A DNA stretch of 64,000 nucleotides from Hemiscyllium ocellatum (lineage: Eukaryota): NCBI RefSeq assembly GCF_020745735.1, contig NC_083413.1, positions 20,274,001 to 20,338,000 of the forward strand. Direction: 5' to 3'. How positions within the stretch are numbered: position 1 is the stretch's first letter; each line of letters opens with the position of its first letter. The position numbers and the translations under genes are program-made. The notes under the pieces are model-generated. The model saw nothing but the letters and a program-made list of their open reading frames with translations. It had not been told where the DNA came from and did no database searches. This document shows positions 48,426 through 61,662 of this stretch, one piece after another.

Positions 48426-48710
48426 TTCAAATTTTGGGAGAAGATTTGTAGCTCGGATGCTTGTTGTTGTGGTTCTGTTCGCCGAGCTGGGAATTTGTGT
48501 TGCAAACGTTTCGTCCCTGTTTAGGTGACATCCTCAATGCTTGGGAGCCTCCTGTGAAGCACTTCTGTGATCTTTCTACACTACAAATGCCGGAGGAAAG
48601 ATCACAGAAGCGCTTCACAGGAGGCTCCCAAACACTGAGGATGTCACCTAGACAGGGGACGAAACGTCTGCAACACAAATTCCCAGCTCGGCGAACAGAA
48701 CCACAACAAC
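48426..48710. repeat. Fold-back insertion: ~114-bp inverted arms (48463-48576 / 48596-48710), 19-nt spacer
   Basis: Arms differ at only ~6 positions; flanked by AGAGGGGGAGG/AGAGGGGAAGG (10/11 TSD-like). Confidence 0.9.
48633..48670 (+). ncRNA. Minimal hammerhead ribozyme motif, family 3 (CTGAGGA core)
   Basis: ca-CTGAGGA(48635-48641)-t-GTCACCT-agac-AGGGGAC-GAAA(48661-48664)-C-GTC-tg. Confidence 0.68.
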
Positions 48711-50614
48711 AGAGGGGAAGGTGTCTGAGAGATAAACAGGAGGTAGTGGTGGGGCTGGCGTGTGATAGGTGGGAAGGTACGGTAAGTGCATACAGGTGGG
48801 GGTGATGGTCAGAAGGGAGGATGGAGAGGATAGGTGGGAAGGAAGGACAGTTCAAGAGGTCAGTGCTGTTTTGGAAGGTCGAATCTGGGATAATGTGGGG
48901 GGAGTGGAGTTGAGGAAACTGGTGAAATCAAATTGTTGCCGTGTGGTTCGATAGTCCCAAGGTGAGAGATGAGGCATTCTTCCTCCAGGCGTTCAGCTGG
49001 ACCATCTCCAACAGCTCCCTCCCCTTCCTGGACCTCTCTGTCTCCATGTCTGGCAACCAATTCAACATGGACATCTACTTCAAACCCACCGACTCCCACA
49101 GCTACTTGGACTACACATCCTCCCCAAACCCCTCCGGTAAAAATGTTATCCTTTGCACCCAAATCTTTCACCTTCACCTTATCTGCTCCCAGGAGGACAA
49201 ATTCCACTCCAGGGCTTCCTAGATAGCCTCTTATTTTTAGGACCACAATTTCCTTCCACGTAATCAACAATGTCCTCCTCTGCCCTTCCAACCACAAAGA
49301 TAGAACCCCTGGTCCTCACCTTCCACCTCACCAGTCTTTGGATACAACGCATTACCCTCCGCCATTTCCACCACTAGACCACCATTAGACCCCACCACCA
49401 GAGAAATATTTCCTCCGCACTCCAACCAGTATTCCAAAGAGACCATTCGCTCTCTGACTCCCTGGTTAGGTCCACACCCGCCACCAACCCACACTGCCCT
49501 CCTGGCACCTTCCCATGCTGCTGCAAGATATGTAAAACCTGCACCCACACAACCTCCTCACCTCCTGCCAAGGCCCCAAAGGATCTTTCCACATCCAACA
49601 GAGATTTTCTGTGCATCCAAACACCTCATCTACAATGTCCATTGCTCTCGAAGTGGTCTCCTCTACATTGGGGCAAAAGGACGCCAACTCGTAGAATGTT
49701 TTAGGGAAGATCTCTGGGGCACACGCATACAATAACCCCACCACCCCGTGGTCGACCATTTCAATTACCCTTCCCAGTCCGCCAAGGACATATGAGTCCC
49801 AAACCTCCTGCATTGCCAAATCCAAGCCACCTGCTGCTAGAGGAAGAATGCCTCAATTTCCGCCTTGGGATGCTCCAACCGCACAGCCCCAACATCGATT
49901 TCACCAGTTTCCTCATCTCCCCTCCCCTCTCCTCATCCCAGACCCAACCTTCCAACTCGGCTCCACCTTCTTTAACTGTCCTCCCTGCCTATCTTCATTC
50001 ACACGTATCTGCTCCACCCTCTCCTCTGACCGATCACCCTCATGCCCATCTGCATCTACCTATCACGTTCCCAGCTACCTTCTACCCTGCCCGAGCTCCA
50101 CTTCTACCCTCTTATTTATCTCTCAGCCCCCTTCCAACCCCCCAGTTCCTCATGAAGGGCTTATGCCTGAAACGTCGATTCTCCTCAGATGCTGCCTGAC
50201 CAAACTTTGATTTTCCAGTGACACATTTTTTGACTCTGATATCCAGCATCTGTACACATCCCTTTCTCTTTTACTTCAAAGGGAAATAAATGTGGGCCTG
50301 CAATCATACAACATAGAAGAATGAAAGGGGGCCTTATCAAAACATACAAAATTTTTAGGGAACTTGACAGGGCAATTACTGAAAGATTAGCTAATCAGAA
50401 ATACCAGAACAGAGGACTTAACCTCAGGATAATTAGCAACTTATATAAGACAGAGATGAGGAATACAAGAACTGAAGAGTGATTAGACAGACTGTTTTCC
50501 TTCGAGTACAGGACATGAGACGTGACCTGACTGAGATATATAAAATAATGAAGGGAATAGTTGTGGTACACTGGAAGAAACATTTCCCCTGATGGAGGAA
50601 TCAGTGACCAAGGG

Positions 50615-51095
50615 CGTAGATTTACAAGGATGCTGCCAGGGTTGGAGAATTTGAGCTATAGGGAGAGGCTGAACAGGCTGGGGCTGTTTTCCCTGGAACG
50701 TTGGAGGCTGAGAGGTGACCTTATAGAGGTTTACAAAATTATGAGGGGCATGGATAGGATAAATAGACAAAGTATTTTCCCTGGAGTCGAGAAGTCCAGA
50801 TCTAGAGGGCGTAGGTTTAGGGTGAGAGGGGAAAGATATAAAAGAGACCTAAGGGACAACTTTTTCACGCAGAGGGTGGTATGTGAATGGAATGAGCTGC
50901 CAGAGGAAGTGGTGGAGGCTGGTACAATTACTACATTTAAGAGGGGTTTGGATGGGTATATGAATAGGAAGCGTTTGGAGGGATCTGGGCCAGGTGCTGG
51001 CAGGTGGGACTAGATTGGGTTGGGATATCTGGTCAGCATGGACAGGTTGGATGGAAGGGGTCTGTTTCCATACTGTACATCTCTATGACTCTATA
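50615..51095 (+). mobile_element. CR1 LINE 3' end (young)
   Basis: [34 protein letters not shown], (CTCTATGA) tail; splits older CR1 sequence that is contiguous upstream of gene B (~8500). Confidence 0.92.
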
Positions 51096-51694
51096 TAAGT
51101 TGCGGTAGAAGCTTTACAGGAGATGTGAGGAAAAAATATTTTTCGGCTGCAGGTGGTGCATACCTGGAACTCACTGCCTGTTAGGGTGGTAGAGGCAGAA
51201 ACCCACAGAACATTGAACAAGTATTTCGATGTGCACTTAAAATTCTAACGCTATGGGCCCCATGTTAGGTAATGGGATTAGAATAGTTTGACGCTTGATT
51301 TTGACCAGCGCAGATGTAATCGCTGAAAAGTCATTTTCTGTGCTGCAGATCTCTGTGGTTCTTTGAGTGTCTTCAGTCAGAGTGTCGTGCGCTGTGGAAT
51401 CCGTTACCACGGAGGGTTGTGCAGATTGTTCGTGAAGTATATTTTTGTGTATGAGAGAGACCGATTTTGAATTATTACGCGAATCAATTATTTTGGAGAA
51501 AAGACAGGAAACTGGATTTGAAGATAATGAGATCAGACACGATCAGATCGATGGGGTGAATGACCTACTTTTGGTCTAGTCTTAGAGATGATCATAAGCA
51601 GGATTAAGGCTTCTTACAACCTGTTTCTGAATCGAAAGCTTGGACTCTCTTGGGGTTTAAAAGTTGACTTATTTTTTATTTCACATGAATTCTG

Positions 51695-51922
51695 TTTGCA
51701 GAAATAGCGATTCATTAATTACGAACGGCCGCATGACTGAAAATTCCTCATTAACAAGTTGAGTGAGCAATGTCTCAGAGATGTAGGCTATTTGATCAGG
51801 TTAAGATGGCTTGTTAGCTGTGAGGCGCTGTGGGATGTCCTCGGGTTATAACAGTCCCTTTATAACTTCACCTTTTTTTTCTCATTTCGTTAATCTAGTG
51901 ATAGGTTCTTTGCAAGAGCGCC
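51695..51922 (+). promoter_or_regulatory. Proximal promoter of gene D with TTTATAA (51859-51865) and TCATTAATTA
   Basis: Aligns to gene B and C promoters. Confidence 0.6.
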
Positions 51923-52131
51923 ATGATTTTGTTTCCGATATTCCTATTGCTAGCTGTTGTGTCTACGCAGCAATCACCTGGAATGGTTTGTAAGTCTCGA
52001 GGAAAAGGTGACTTGCCTAATTTGTCTGAAGATGGAGATATTATCGTGGGCGGGATATTTGCAGCACATTTAGACGTGATTCATGATATTCCCTCATTTG
52101 CCGTCAGTCCGTCAGACACGCATTGCGAAAG
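51923..52131 (+). CDS. V2R gene D exon 1
   Basis: [21 protein letters not shown]..; donor AG|GTAGGT. Confidence 0.92.
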
Positions 52132-55100
52132 GTAGGTCAAACAATCAAAAAAATTATAGAATCCCTACAATGCAGAAAGAGGTATTCGACGTCTCTGAAG
52201 AGCATCCCGCAAGGTCAAAACCCCACTTTCTCGCTGTAAATCCGCATTTAGCACAGACAACCCACAGAACCTGCACATCCTTAGACAGTACGGGGCAATT
52301 TGGCGGCCAATCTACCAAACCTCAGGACATAGCAGTAAACGATAAAGAAATCCTGATTCCACGAAACCACAAATCCCGAATAATTTTCTGAACTCAGTGA
52401 GTAATGCAGCATTTAAACAGTATTGTGTTTGTTCTGAACATGATTATGTTCTGATATCTTGATTGCATAAAGTAATTATGCAGACTAATGACCATTCTTA
52501 GCTGTCTACGTTACTCTTGGATGTCGAATTTCACTTTGATATTGCATACCACGCAAAGACAAAATTAGATCTCAAGAAGAGTCATAACAAACTTGAAAAA
52601 TTTGTCCACGGATGCGGCAGATTTGCCCCAGCATTCTTTGCGTTTGTGCTTATTTAAGGAAGTAATGCTTACTTATAGCGACATGGAATTGTTGATGACT
52701 GGTTTTGTTGTCCTTGCAATGTGAAAATGCTTATTTGGGGGGCAGAAACGAATCTGAAACAGAAGGTACAAGGTATCAAAAGTACACTGAAAATAAACGA
52801 CCGTGGATATTAATTAGAAATAATCTGTGTGCCGTCGGCGGTGGTATTGGAATCCGTTACGCAATGGAAATAAAATCTAAACAACATTCGGCAAAAGTGT
52901 AATGATTTAGGCAGAATCCAAAACAGAGTTTCTACGGATGTTGATGACAGAAACGTGGAGTTTTAGATTTTGAACGTTGAGCAGACTGCATCAAATTAGA
53001 AGATAGATTTTTAAAATTACAAAACGGGCAAGAAAATGCAATAAAGCTGAACACAGAAATGTATGAGATAGCACATTTAGCTATGAAGAATAGAGAGATC
53101 ACTAACTACTTTGCAAGTTCATATCTGGATAGAGAAAAATAAAATGGTATTGAACGGCAAGTAGACGGGTCACGAAATGCTATGTCATATGTTTGGAATG
53201 TGATTACTAAAGCAAACCAAAACGAAAAGTTTCATGTCAAAAGACTTAAAACTGATTCTTGGGAGGATTCTAATAAGCCATCATTGAACATTGGTTAGAC
53301 CGCACTAACTATACCACGAGCAATGCATTTCAGCTTCTTAGACAAATGGGACAGTGGAGATGCTGCAGAGATGGTTTGCAAGGATGAGTCAAGGAAATGT
53401 TTGGAGTTTGTTATGGGAAGGGAACAGATAGTTTACTTTCCTCGTGGAAATGAAAGCTGAGTGTGACCTAACGGAGGACTTAATGTGATTCCAGGCTTTC
53501 AAAGAGTAAATAGAGAGAGAATTTCTCATTTTATGTGGGAGTATGTCACTAGAGGTGATCAATTAATCAACATTACTGATATTGATACATACGTTATGGT
53601 CAAGAGCATGGCAGCGGCATAGGCGGTTGAACATGTTTTTAACTGCACCTTTAGCTTGTATTTTTGGTGAGGCATTCGAACTTCCTCTCTATGCTGTCAG
53701 TAATCTTCGAAGGAATTCGCGGGGGGAATTTCGCGGTGGCGGTGTTGACGGGAGTTTACAAAGTTAAAAATCACACAACGGCAAGTTATAATTGAACAGG
53801 TTTATTTGGAAGTAGAAGCTTTCGGAGCGCAGTTCCTTCGTCGGGTAGAATTTGCGAGGGGCAATAGCGGGTGGCAGATATGGCGGAGCTGCCTTTCAGG
53901 TCATTAGAGGAAACCGTGAGTGTAAAGATTGCGCAGTTTTCCAGTCTTCCACCGGCTAGTATTAATTTCTGTGACGTTGTGTGCATTTTTAAAGTGTTTT
54001 AAACATTTCTAAGTCTTCTAGGGTATTGATAGTTGCTTGCAAATATTTCCAGGAGTTTGTACGCGTTTCCAGATGTCTTGTTTGCCTCAGGGTAGTTGCA
54101 GGCAGTTGGACGGGTTCATTGATACAATAAATTAATTATAGCTCATTATGCCTGGTAATCAGAGAAAATGGGCGTGGAAGGATAGGGTTTTGGGTGGCGT
54201 GGGAAAAGTCGGCTGGTGAGCGGAATGGGCGTTGATGTACAACGGGATAATGGATGGTGAAATTGCTGGGCCGTGGGTGTGAGCGGAGTTTGAAATACAC
54301 AAGGGGTCCAGTGTGCCGGCTGTACACTGCGTTGAATACATGCAGAATATCAGGGGAACGAGAGGCGTGAGTGGGGCGGCTTTGCCGATCGGTTGCCATG
54401 GGTGCTGGCAGTAGGTTGGGGGTGCCTGGGCGGATTTCATAGCCCCACTGGCGGAGAGCATTTTAAACATTGTAAGCATGACTTGAATCAAGGTATATAG
54501 CTGGGTATGTGGTGGACAACCGACCCAACTTTTCTCACTAATTTGTACCGTAGTAAGGCCAAGAAGGCCTTTCTGGCAAACCGTAAGTTTCAGCAGAAGT
54601 CTGATGCTCGGAGTTTGTGCCTCTATTGTGGTTATCAATTAAGGCGAGATTCTCAACGGGGCTGCGTGATCTGGGTGAATGAGGCTTGCATAATCGAATG
54701 GTGAATATAATATGCATGTCATTCTCTTTCACATCTAACCCCGCAGTTTTGATATCGCAAGCTTCCGCCTGATACAGACAATGATATTTGCTATTGAAGA
54801 AATAAATCAGAGCAAAACGTTACTTCCGAATATCACTCTCGGGTATGAGATCTACGATGACTGCTCGATCTCCGCGATAGCTTCGGAAGCCGCACTGGCT
54901 TTGGTGAATGGAGAACAAGAACTAATTGAGTACCCAAATTGTAAAGGTTCTTCTAATGTTGCAGCCATTATTGGTTGTGATTCATCCACATCATCTATTG
55001 CCGCCGCAAGGACAGTTGGAACGTTTGGAATTCCGATGGTAACGTGTTTAGTAGCTTACTGCATGCTTCCTACGCCTAGGATCTTCAATTCCCCACTGTC

Positions 55101-58100
55101 CAAATAAAGACCATTTGAACCATGGAGTGGGAACAGCCTCTCCTAAGAGCATTCCATTCCCATCCTGACATTTATTACGTCTACCACCTTGCCAGCGCAT
55201 ACCTGGACGCTATGGGCCATTTTGCATGGTCAATCCACATAAGCTGCACATCTTTTGACTGTAGGAGGAGACGGAAGCCCCCAAAATAAATCCTCGCAGA
55301 CACGTGGAGAATGCATATCCTTCACATAGTCAGTCGCCCAAAGGCGAAATGGACACCCGGTCTCTGGATCGGTGAGGCAGCAATGCGAACCTGATTCTCC
55401 GTGCTGCCAAAAATTTTGTCTTTTTTTTTGCTTATTGCAGGCATTATTGAATTCAAATATTGCTGTCTATAATAGCGGGATTTAAACCCAAATCCCCACA
55501 ATCATATGCTTTGGTTTACTTATGCAATGATATTACCATTATGCTACTACCCCAACATACCACTCATTTTCTCGTGAGTGTACAGTTACAACATGTAGCG
55601 AAATTGTCATCATAAAAAGAAAGGTTATTTCAGACTCAGGCCATCTTTTAAATTCCAGTAGAATATTCAACACGTTCCTTCAGGACGATAGTTCTCATGC
55701 AACCACAGTGCTAACCAATGCAAAATTCAGTGCGCCACGTCTTTTTTTTAAACTCGATTTACGATTTACTTTGTGTGATCATTTCCATTCATAGGCATTT
55801 GTGTTTGATACTGCACTTGATGAAATTCATAATTAAGAAAAATACATTCATATTGAAGGTAAAGGAGTGAAGCTTTTCAGAATTAATTCCAAAAAACCAA
55901 TGAAAGCATATTTGCATATATTTTCCCGTTTTCTGCAGATTAGTTATTTCGCCACTTGCTCTTGCCTGAGCGATAAGCAAGAATACCCGACTTTCTTTAG
56001 AACGATACCAAGCGACAAATATCAGTCCAAACTTCTCGCTGAACTCGTGAAAACCTTTGGTTGGAATTGGATTGGCGCGGTTAGAAGCAACACAGATTAT
56101 GGGAACTTTGGGATGAGAACATTTATCGAAGAGGCCCAGAAAATTGGGGTTTGCATCGCATATTCTGAATCGTTCTACAGAACCGATCCTGCTGAGAAAA
56201 TCAGCAAAATAGTGCAGGTGATGAAAGAAGCGACCACAAAGGTTGTGGTTGGATTCTTGCAAAAAAGAGATATGCGAGTGTTAATTGAGGAGATTTTGCG
56301 CCAAAATGTGACGGGTATACAGTGGATTGGAACTGAAGGATGGCTTACAGGAGATACATTGTTCACTGAAGAAAGAGCAAGGGCTCGCGTTGGGGCCATT
56401 GGTCCAACGACCCGAAGGACAGAAATAGCCGGCCTCAGAGATCATCTTCTGAAAATTCATCCTACTAGGTTTCCTGACAGCACTTTTGTGAAGGAGTTTT
56501 GGGAAAATCTCTTCTCATGCTCTTTAACCACGGGCGATACGACAGACCCCCGAAGTTCTGCATTTCAAGTGCGGCCATGCACGGGAAATGAACATTTAGA
56601 TGGGTTAGAAAATACCTATCTTCCAGCGATCATGGACGGAAGTTCCTACCATGTATACAAAGCGGTCTACGCTGTCGCTCATGCACTTGACGATATGCTG
56701 TCTTGTGAAGAAAACAATGGCCCTTTTATGAATAGCACTTGTGCTCATACTTCAAGCTTTGAACCCTGGCAGGTAGGAAAATATTTCATTTTGTTTCATC
56801 ATCTTTGAAGTTTTATTTCCGCTTGTGTCTTTTTTCAGAGCTCCATTTCAACAACAAATTTCCTCTCGGAGATTGAGAGAAAAGCGTGCCAATATGTTAC
56901 TCGTGTATCAAAATGAGAATGAAATATACCAAATACTGCAAAATCAAGCACACAATAGGTGAAGAACAAACATAAATCCATTATTGCAATGATCAGACTG
57001 GTCTACACCTCTTCAGCAGCCTCTTATCGACTGTGACGTGCTTGAGAGGGTTATTCATTGCTGTGAAGTTTGAAATAGAAAAGCTAAATTGTAGCCAATG
57101 ATATGCCAATAATAACAATGTGATAAATGTTCCCAATATCGATGTCAGTCATTGTTGTTGATGACTATTGACGAGATTCGTCTTTTCACTTTATTATAGC
57201 GCCTTAGTTCTCTGTGAATGTTTAATTTAAAACATGTTTCTCCGGCAATTCAGCACACATTGCAAATTATACTGCACTATCAGTCAAAACTCAGTTGTAG
57301 TTCTAAACTCATAGAGGCTCAAGGAGATGTATAGCAGAGAAACAGGCCCTTAGGTCCAACTCGTCCATGGCGACCAGATATCCTAACCTCATCCACTTCC
57401 ATTTGCCAGCACTTGGCCCATGAAGCCCTAAACCCTTCCTGTTCCTATACACATCCAGATGTCTATTAGATGTTGCAACTGTACCAGTCTCCACCACTTC
57501 CTCTGGCAGTTCACGGCACCCCATTCCATTCAGGCACCACCCTCTGCATGGAAAAGTTACCACAAGGTCCCTTTTAATTTTCCCCCTCTCACTCTAAATC
57601 CATTCCCTCGAATTCTGGACTCGCCCGCTCCAGAGAAAAGACCTTGCTTATTTACCCTATCCACACCCCTCAGGATTTTATCAACCTCGACAAGGTCACC
57701 CTCCAGCCTCCAACTCTCGAGGGAAAATAGCCCCAGCCTGTTCAACTACTCCCTGGAGCAGCATCCTTGTAAATCTGTTCTGAACCCTTTCATGTTTCAC
57801 AACATCCTAACCAATGTCCTGTACAGCCGTAACATGACTTCCCAATTCCAAGACTCAGTGCGCTGTCCACTAAAGAAAAGCGTACCAAAAGCTCTTTTCG
57901 CTATCCTGTCTACTTGCGAAGCCCCTTTCAAGGAACAATTAACCTGCACTCAAAGGTTCACATATTCTCAATTAGAATCATTGGGACTAATAAAAAGATT
58001 TGAATGTCAGACAGATGTTCCGAAACTTGCAAAAAAATGGCAGGTAGTGATCTCCAAGCCTTATTTATTCTTTTCCGGATGCTGATTTGTGATATCATTA

Positions 58101-61100
58101 ATTTCTAAAATATCGGTGTAATTTGTTCAAATGAATTTTAATGCATTTTTAAACATGACAGGGACGATTTACATGCCTTGCTTTGCTCTCCTTTAGCTAC
58201 TGCACTATCTACACTCGGTAAATTTCACTGCTAGCACTGGGGAACTCGTGTATTTTGACGAAAACGGCGATCCGGTCCCAAAGTATGACTTAATAAATTT
58301 ACAAATGAATGCGGAAGGTACGCTTAAAATTGTAAAAATTGGATATTATGACGGTTCAGCGCCGGAAGGACAAGAAGTTGTCCTGAATATTGGAGATATC
58401 GTGTGGAGCTCCGCGAGTAACCAGGTATTTTCCTTACGATCGTCACTGAACAACAATGGCAAAAAAAGTGTCGTTAGGACGCGAAAAATTGAAAAGGCGC
58501 GTTAGATTATGGGCGTCACTGGTATTGCAGCTATGGATGGTCCTTTCTTACAGCCCTAGTTTTGCACAGAACTGATTCGTTTTGCAGAACACCTGTTCCA
58601 TTTTCTCTTCTTCCCTTTACCCCGAAACCAAGATTTTGTTCCTCTTCTCACCACGATTATTTCTGTGCAATTCATCAGTGGCAAATATAATTTCAATCTC
58701 CATTTCGAAATACCTTTTTTTATTGCAATGCAGCTGAGATAAAATCTATAATTTAAAAAGAAAACCTCCTGCTTTACTTCTTCTTGGAATTGGGGTATTT
58801 TTGCATGCATTATTTATATTTATCTGGAAAGTTTAGAGTAAAGAAAATTGGTCTTTAGACTCAAAATGTTGGCTCTGTTTTCTCTTCCGGGATGCTGCAA
58901 GACCTGCAGCAATTTATGTTTTAATTTGTTACCGCCCAATGTCAAGTCAGTTTTTTTTTCTCTCGGAGCGGTGAGGCGATAGACATTTTTGAGATTATGA
59001 AAGGCCTTGATCGAATAGACGTAAAGAAAATGCATGATCTTCAATCATTAGTATCCTCAACTTACCCAGAGAATTTCAGACTGGAGGCCTGTGACCAGTC
59101 GAGTGCCACAAGGATTGGTGCTGGGTACACTTTTCTTCGTCACTTATATAAATGATTTGGATGTGAACATAAGAGGTATAGTTAGTAAGTTTGCAGATGA
59201 CACCAAAATTGGAGGCGTAGTGGACAGCGAAGAAGATTACCTCAGCTTACAACGGGATCTTGACCAGATGGGCCAATGGCCTGAGAAGTGGCAGATAGAG
59301 TTTAATTCAGATAACTGCGAGGTGCTGCATTTTGGGAAAGCAAATCTTAGCAGGACCGATACACTTAAAGGTAAGGTGCTAGGGAGTGTTGCTGAATAAA
59401 AAGGCCTTGGAATGCAGGTTCATAGCTCCTTGAAAGTGGAGTCAGAGGTAGATAGGTTAGTGAAGAAGGCATTTGGTATGCTTTCTTTTATTGGTCAGAG
59501 TATTGAGTAAAGGCGTTGGGAGGTCATGTTGCGGCTATACAGGACATTGGTTAGGCCACTGTTGGAATATTACGTGCAATTCTGGTCTCCTTCCGATCGG
59601 AAAGATGTTGTGGAGCCTGAAAGGATTCAGAAAAGATTTACAAGGATGTTGCCAGGGTTGGAGGATTTCATCTGTAAGGAGAGGCTGAACAGGCTGGGGC
59701 AGTTTTTCTTGGAGCGTTGGAGGCTGAGAAGTGACCTTATAGAGGTTTACAAAATCATGCTGTGCATGGATAGGGTAAATAGAGAAAATATTTTCCCTGG
59801 GGTGGGGGAGTCCAGAACTAGAGGGCATAGGTTTAGGGTGAGAGGGGCAAGATATGAAAGAGACCAAAGAGGAAACTTTTTCGCACGGAGGGTGGTACAT
59901 GTATGGAATGAGCTGCCACGGGAAGTGGTGGAGGCTGGTACAATTGCAACATTTAAAAGGAATTTGGATGGGTATATAAATATGAAGAGTTTGGAGGAAT
60001 ATGGGCTTGGTGCTGGCAGATGGGACTAGATTGGGCTGGAATAGCATGTTGGCATGGACGAATTGGACCAAAGGGTCTGTTTCCGTGCTGTACATCTCTA
60101 TGACTCTATACATACAACCTCCAAAATGCTCTTGAATGTAATGATGTTGATGGATTTACGAGACCTACGGAAATCGCCATGAGAGAAAATAATTAACACT
60201 TATGGTGCTGATGCTGAATATAGAGTGTTGGATCAAACTTTTATGGAGAGTAGATACTGTGTAATTCATGTCAGTAATGTCACATGTATACAATTTATGT
60301 TGTTATCTCTTCCTGGCAACAATCGGATGCAAATGGAGGAGGACTGCTGGAGGATCATATCAGCTGCAGCCAGAGTTCATTCAGGGAACCATGCAAAGCA
60401 TTGGGAACTGACAAACGATAATTTGCATTGTCAGTTTAATATATTAAAAACCTTTCCGAACGACAAAATACTAACTTTATTTTGTCTTTAACGCTATGGT
60501 TCCATTGTATGGATAACATAGGTATTATTTCATTGGTTTTAGATTCCACGTGCTGTTTGCTCAGAGCCTTGCGCTCCTGGAACAAGAAAGGTCAGCAGGA
60601 AAGGTCAACCGATATGTTGTTTTGACTGCGCAGAGTGCGCCGATGGTGAGATTAGCAACACCACAGGTATGTACAAACATGGGACCAAATGCGATGTTCT
60701 TCTGTGGTCAATATCATCTTCGTTTTCAAAAACGGATTCTTTCAATTCTTTCAGATTCCAGTGACTGCATCAAGTGTCCTTTGGAATACTGGTCGAATCA
60801 GCAAAAGGATCGATGTGTTCCCAAAAAGATTGAATTTCTTTCATTTCAGGAAGTTCTCGGCTGTGTCTTAGTGGCACTTGCTTCAGTGGGGGCGTGTCTT
60901 GCACTGGCGACAGTTGCTGTATTCCTCCGATATCGCGAAACTCCTATCGTTCGAGCGAACAATTCGGAGCTGAGCTTCCTCCTTCTCTTTGCACTAACGC
61001 TTTGCTTCCTGTGCTCACTTACCTTCATTGGGAAACCGACCGGATGGTCCTGCATGTTGCGGCGGACTGCGTTTGGAATTGTATTTGTTCTCTGTATTTC

Positions 61101-61662
61101 CTGTATTTTGGGGAAAACCGTTCTTGTTGTGATCGCTTTTAAAGCAACTCTTCCCAACAACAACTTGATGAACTGGTTTGGACCCATGCAGCAACGATTA
61201 GGCGTGTTCATCCTTACATTTCTTCAAGGTTTAGTTTGCACAATCTGGCTCATTGTATCACCTCCTTATCCACTGAAAAATATGACCTATTATAGAGACG
61301 TCATTATTTTGGAATGTGACGTGGGGTCTTTAAAAGCCTTTTATTTTGTATCCAGTTATATTGGTCTTCTCTGCACTGTATGCTTCCTGCTAGCTTTTCT
61401 TGCCCGGAAACTTCCAGATAATTTCAATGACGCGAAGTATATAACTTTCAGTATGCTGATCTTCTGTGCTGTTTGGATCACTTTCATTCCGGCTTATGTC
61501 AGCTCTCCTGGAAAGTACACGGTGGCTGTCGAAGTGTTTGCCATTTGGGCGTCAAGCTTTGGTTTACTTGTCTGCATTTTTGCTCCGAAATGTTACATTA
61601 TCTTAGTGAAACCGGAGAATAATACAAAGAAAAACATGATGGGCAAATGGTCTTCACTGTAG
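51923..61662 (+). CDS. V2R/OlfC gene D, 6 exons, 864 aa
   Basis: join(51923..52131,54747..55038,55939..56772,58197..58424,60543..60666,60755..61662); GT-AG introns; exon sizes identical to B and C; open frame. Confidence 0.95.
53760..53848 (-). mobile_element. Short PLE pLTR fragment (family 1) with decayed hammerhead
   Basis: AAGTTAAAAATCACACAAC..CAGGTTTATTTGGAAG..CTTTCGGAGCGCAGTTCCTTCGTCGG matches the 838-4920 unit; absent from gene B intron 1. Confidence 0.75.
54747..55038 (+). CDS. V2R gene D exon 2
   Basis: ccgcag|TTTTGAT..GIPM|gt; 292 nt. Confidence 0.93.
55939..56772 (+). CDS. V2R gene D exon 3
   Basis: ctgcag|[20 protein letters not shown]|gt; 834 nt. Confidence 0.93.
57310..57955 (-). 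mobile_element. CR1 LINE 3' fragment
   Basis: [25 protein letters not shown] on - strand. Confidence 0.85.
58197..58424 (+). CDS. V2R gene D exon 4
   Basis: tttag|[20 protein letters not shown]|gt; 228 nt. Confidence 0.93.
59076..60110 (+). mobile_element. CR1 LINE 3' ~1 kb
   Basis: [38 protein letters not shown], with tail. Confidence 0.92.
60543..60666 (+). CDS. V2R gene D exon 5
   Basis: [33 protein letters not shown]; 124 nt. Confidence 0.93.
60755..61662 (+). CDS. V2R gene D exon 6 (7TM)
   Basis: ttcag|[18 protein letters not shown]. Confidence 0.95.

Larger units (their letters stand above)
48290..50250 (+). mobile_element. Degenerate PLE with inverted 5' pLTR
   Basis: + strand RT C-terminus/GIY-YIG 48995-49920 (LPFLD, YFKPTDSHSYLDY, CKTC, FRLG.LQP); the 3' terminus ~49850-50230 is repeated inverted at ~48290-48990; mutated hammerhead cores at 48328-48362 (-) and 50146-50180 (+). 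Confidence 0.85.

Noticed and set aside
490-61211. Recurrent antisense and alternate-frame ORFs over V2R exons (490-753, 19825-20166, 44451-44807, 60846-61211, 13347-13697, etc.)
   Set aside because: Shadows of near-identical coding exons; their recurrence reflects paralogy, not independent genes.
60550-61662. 370-aa ORF as a single-exon receptor
   Set aside because: Its N-terminus reads exon 5 out of frame and through the 88-nt intron 5; the true frame is restored by canonical splicing as in B and C.
9324-61662. Assigning CASR, GPRC6A or a specific V2R/OlfC gene symbol
   Set aside because: Tandem multicopy arrangement, short C-terminal tail and RANNSELS/FxTCxCLSD motifs indicate expanded V2R/OlfC paralogs; orthology needs a phylogeny.
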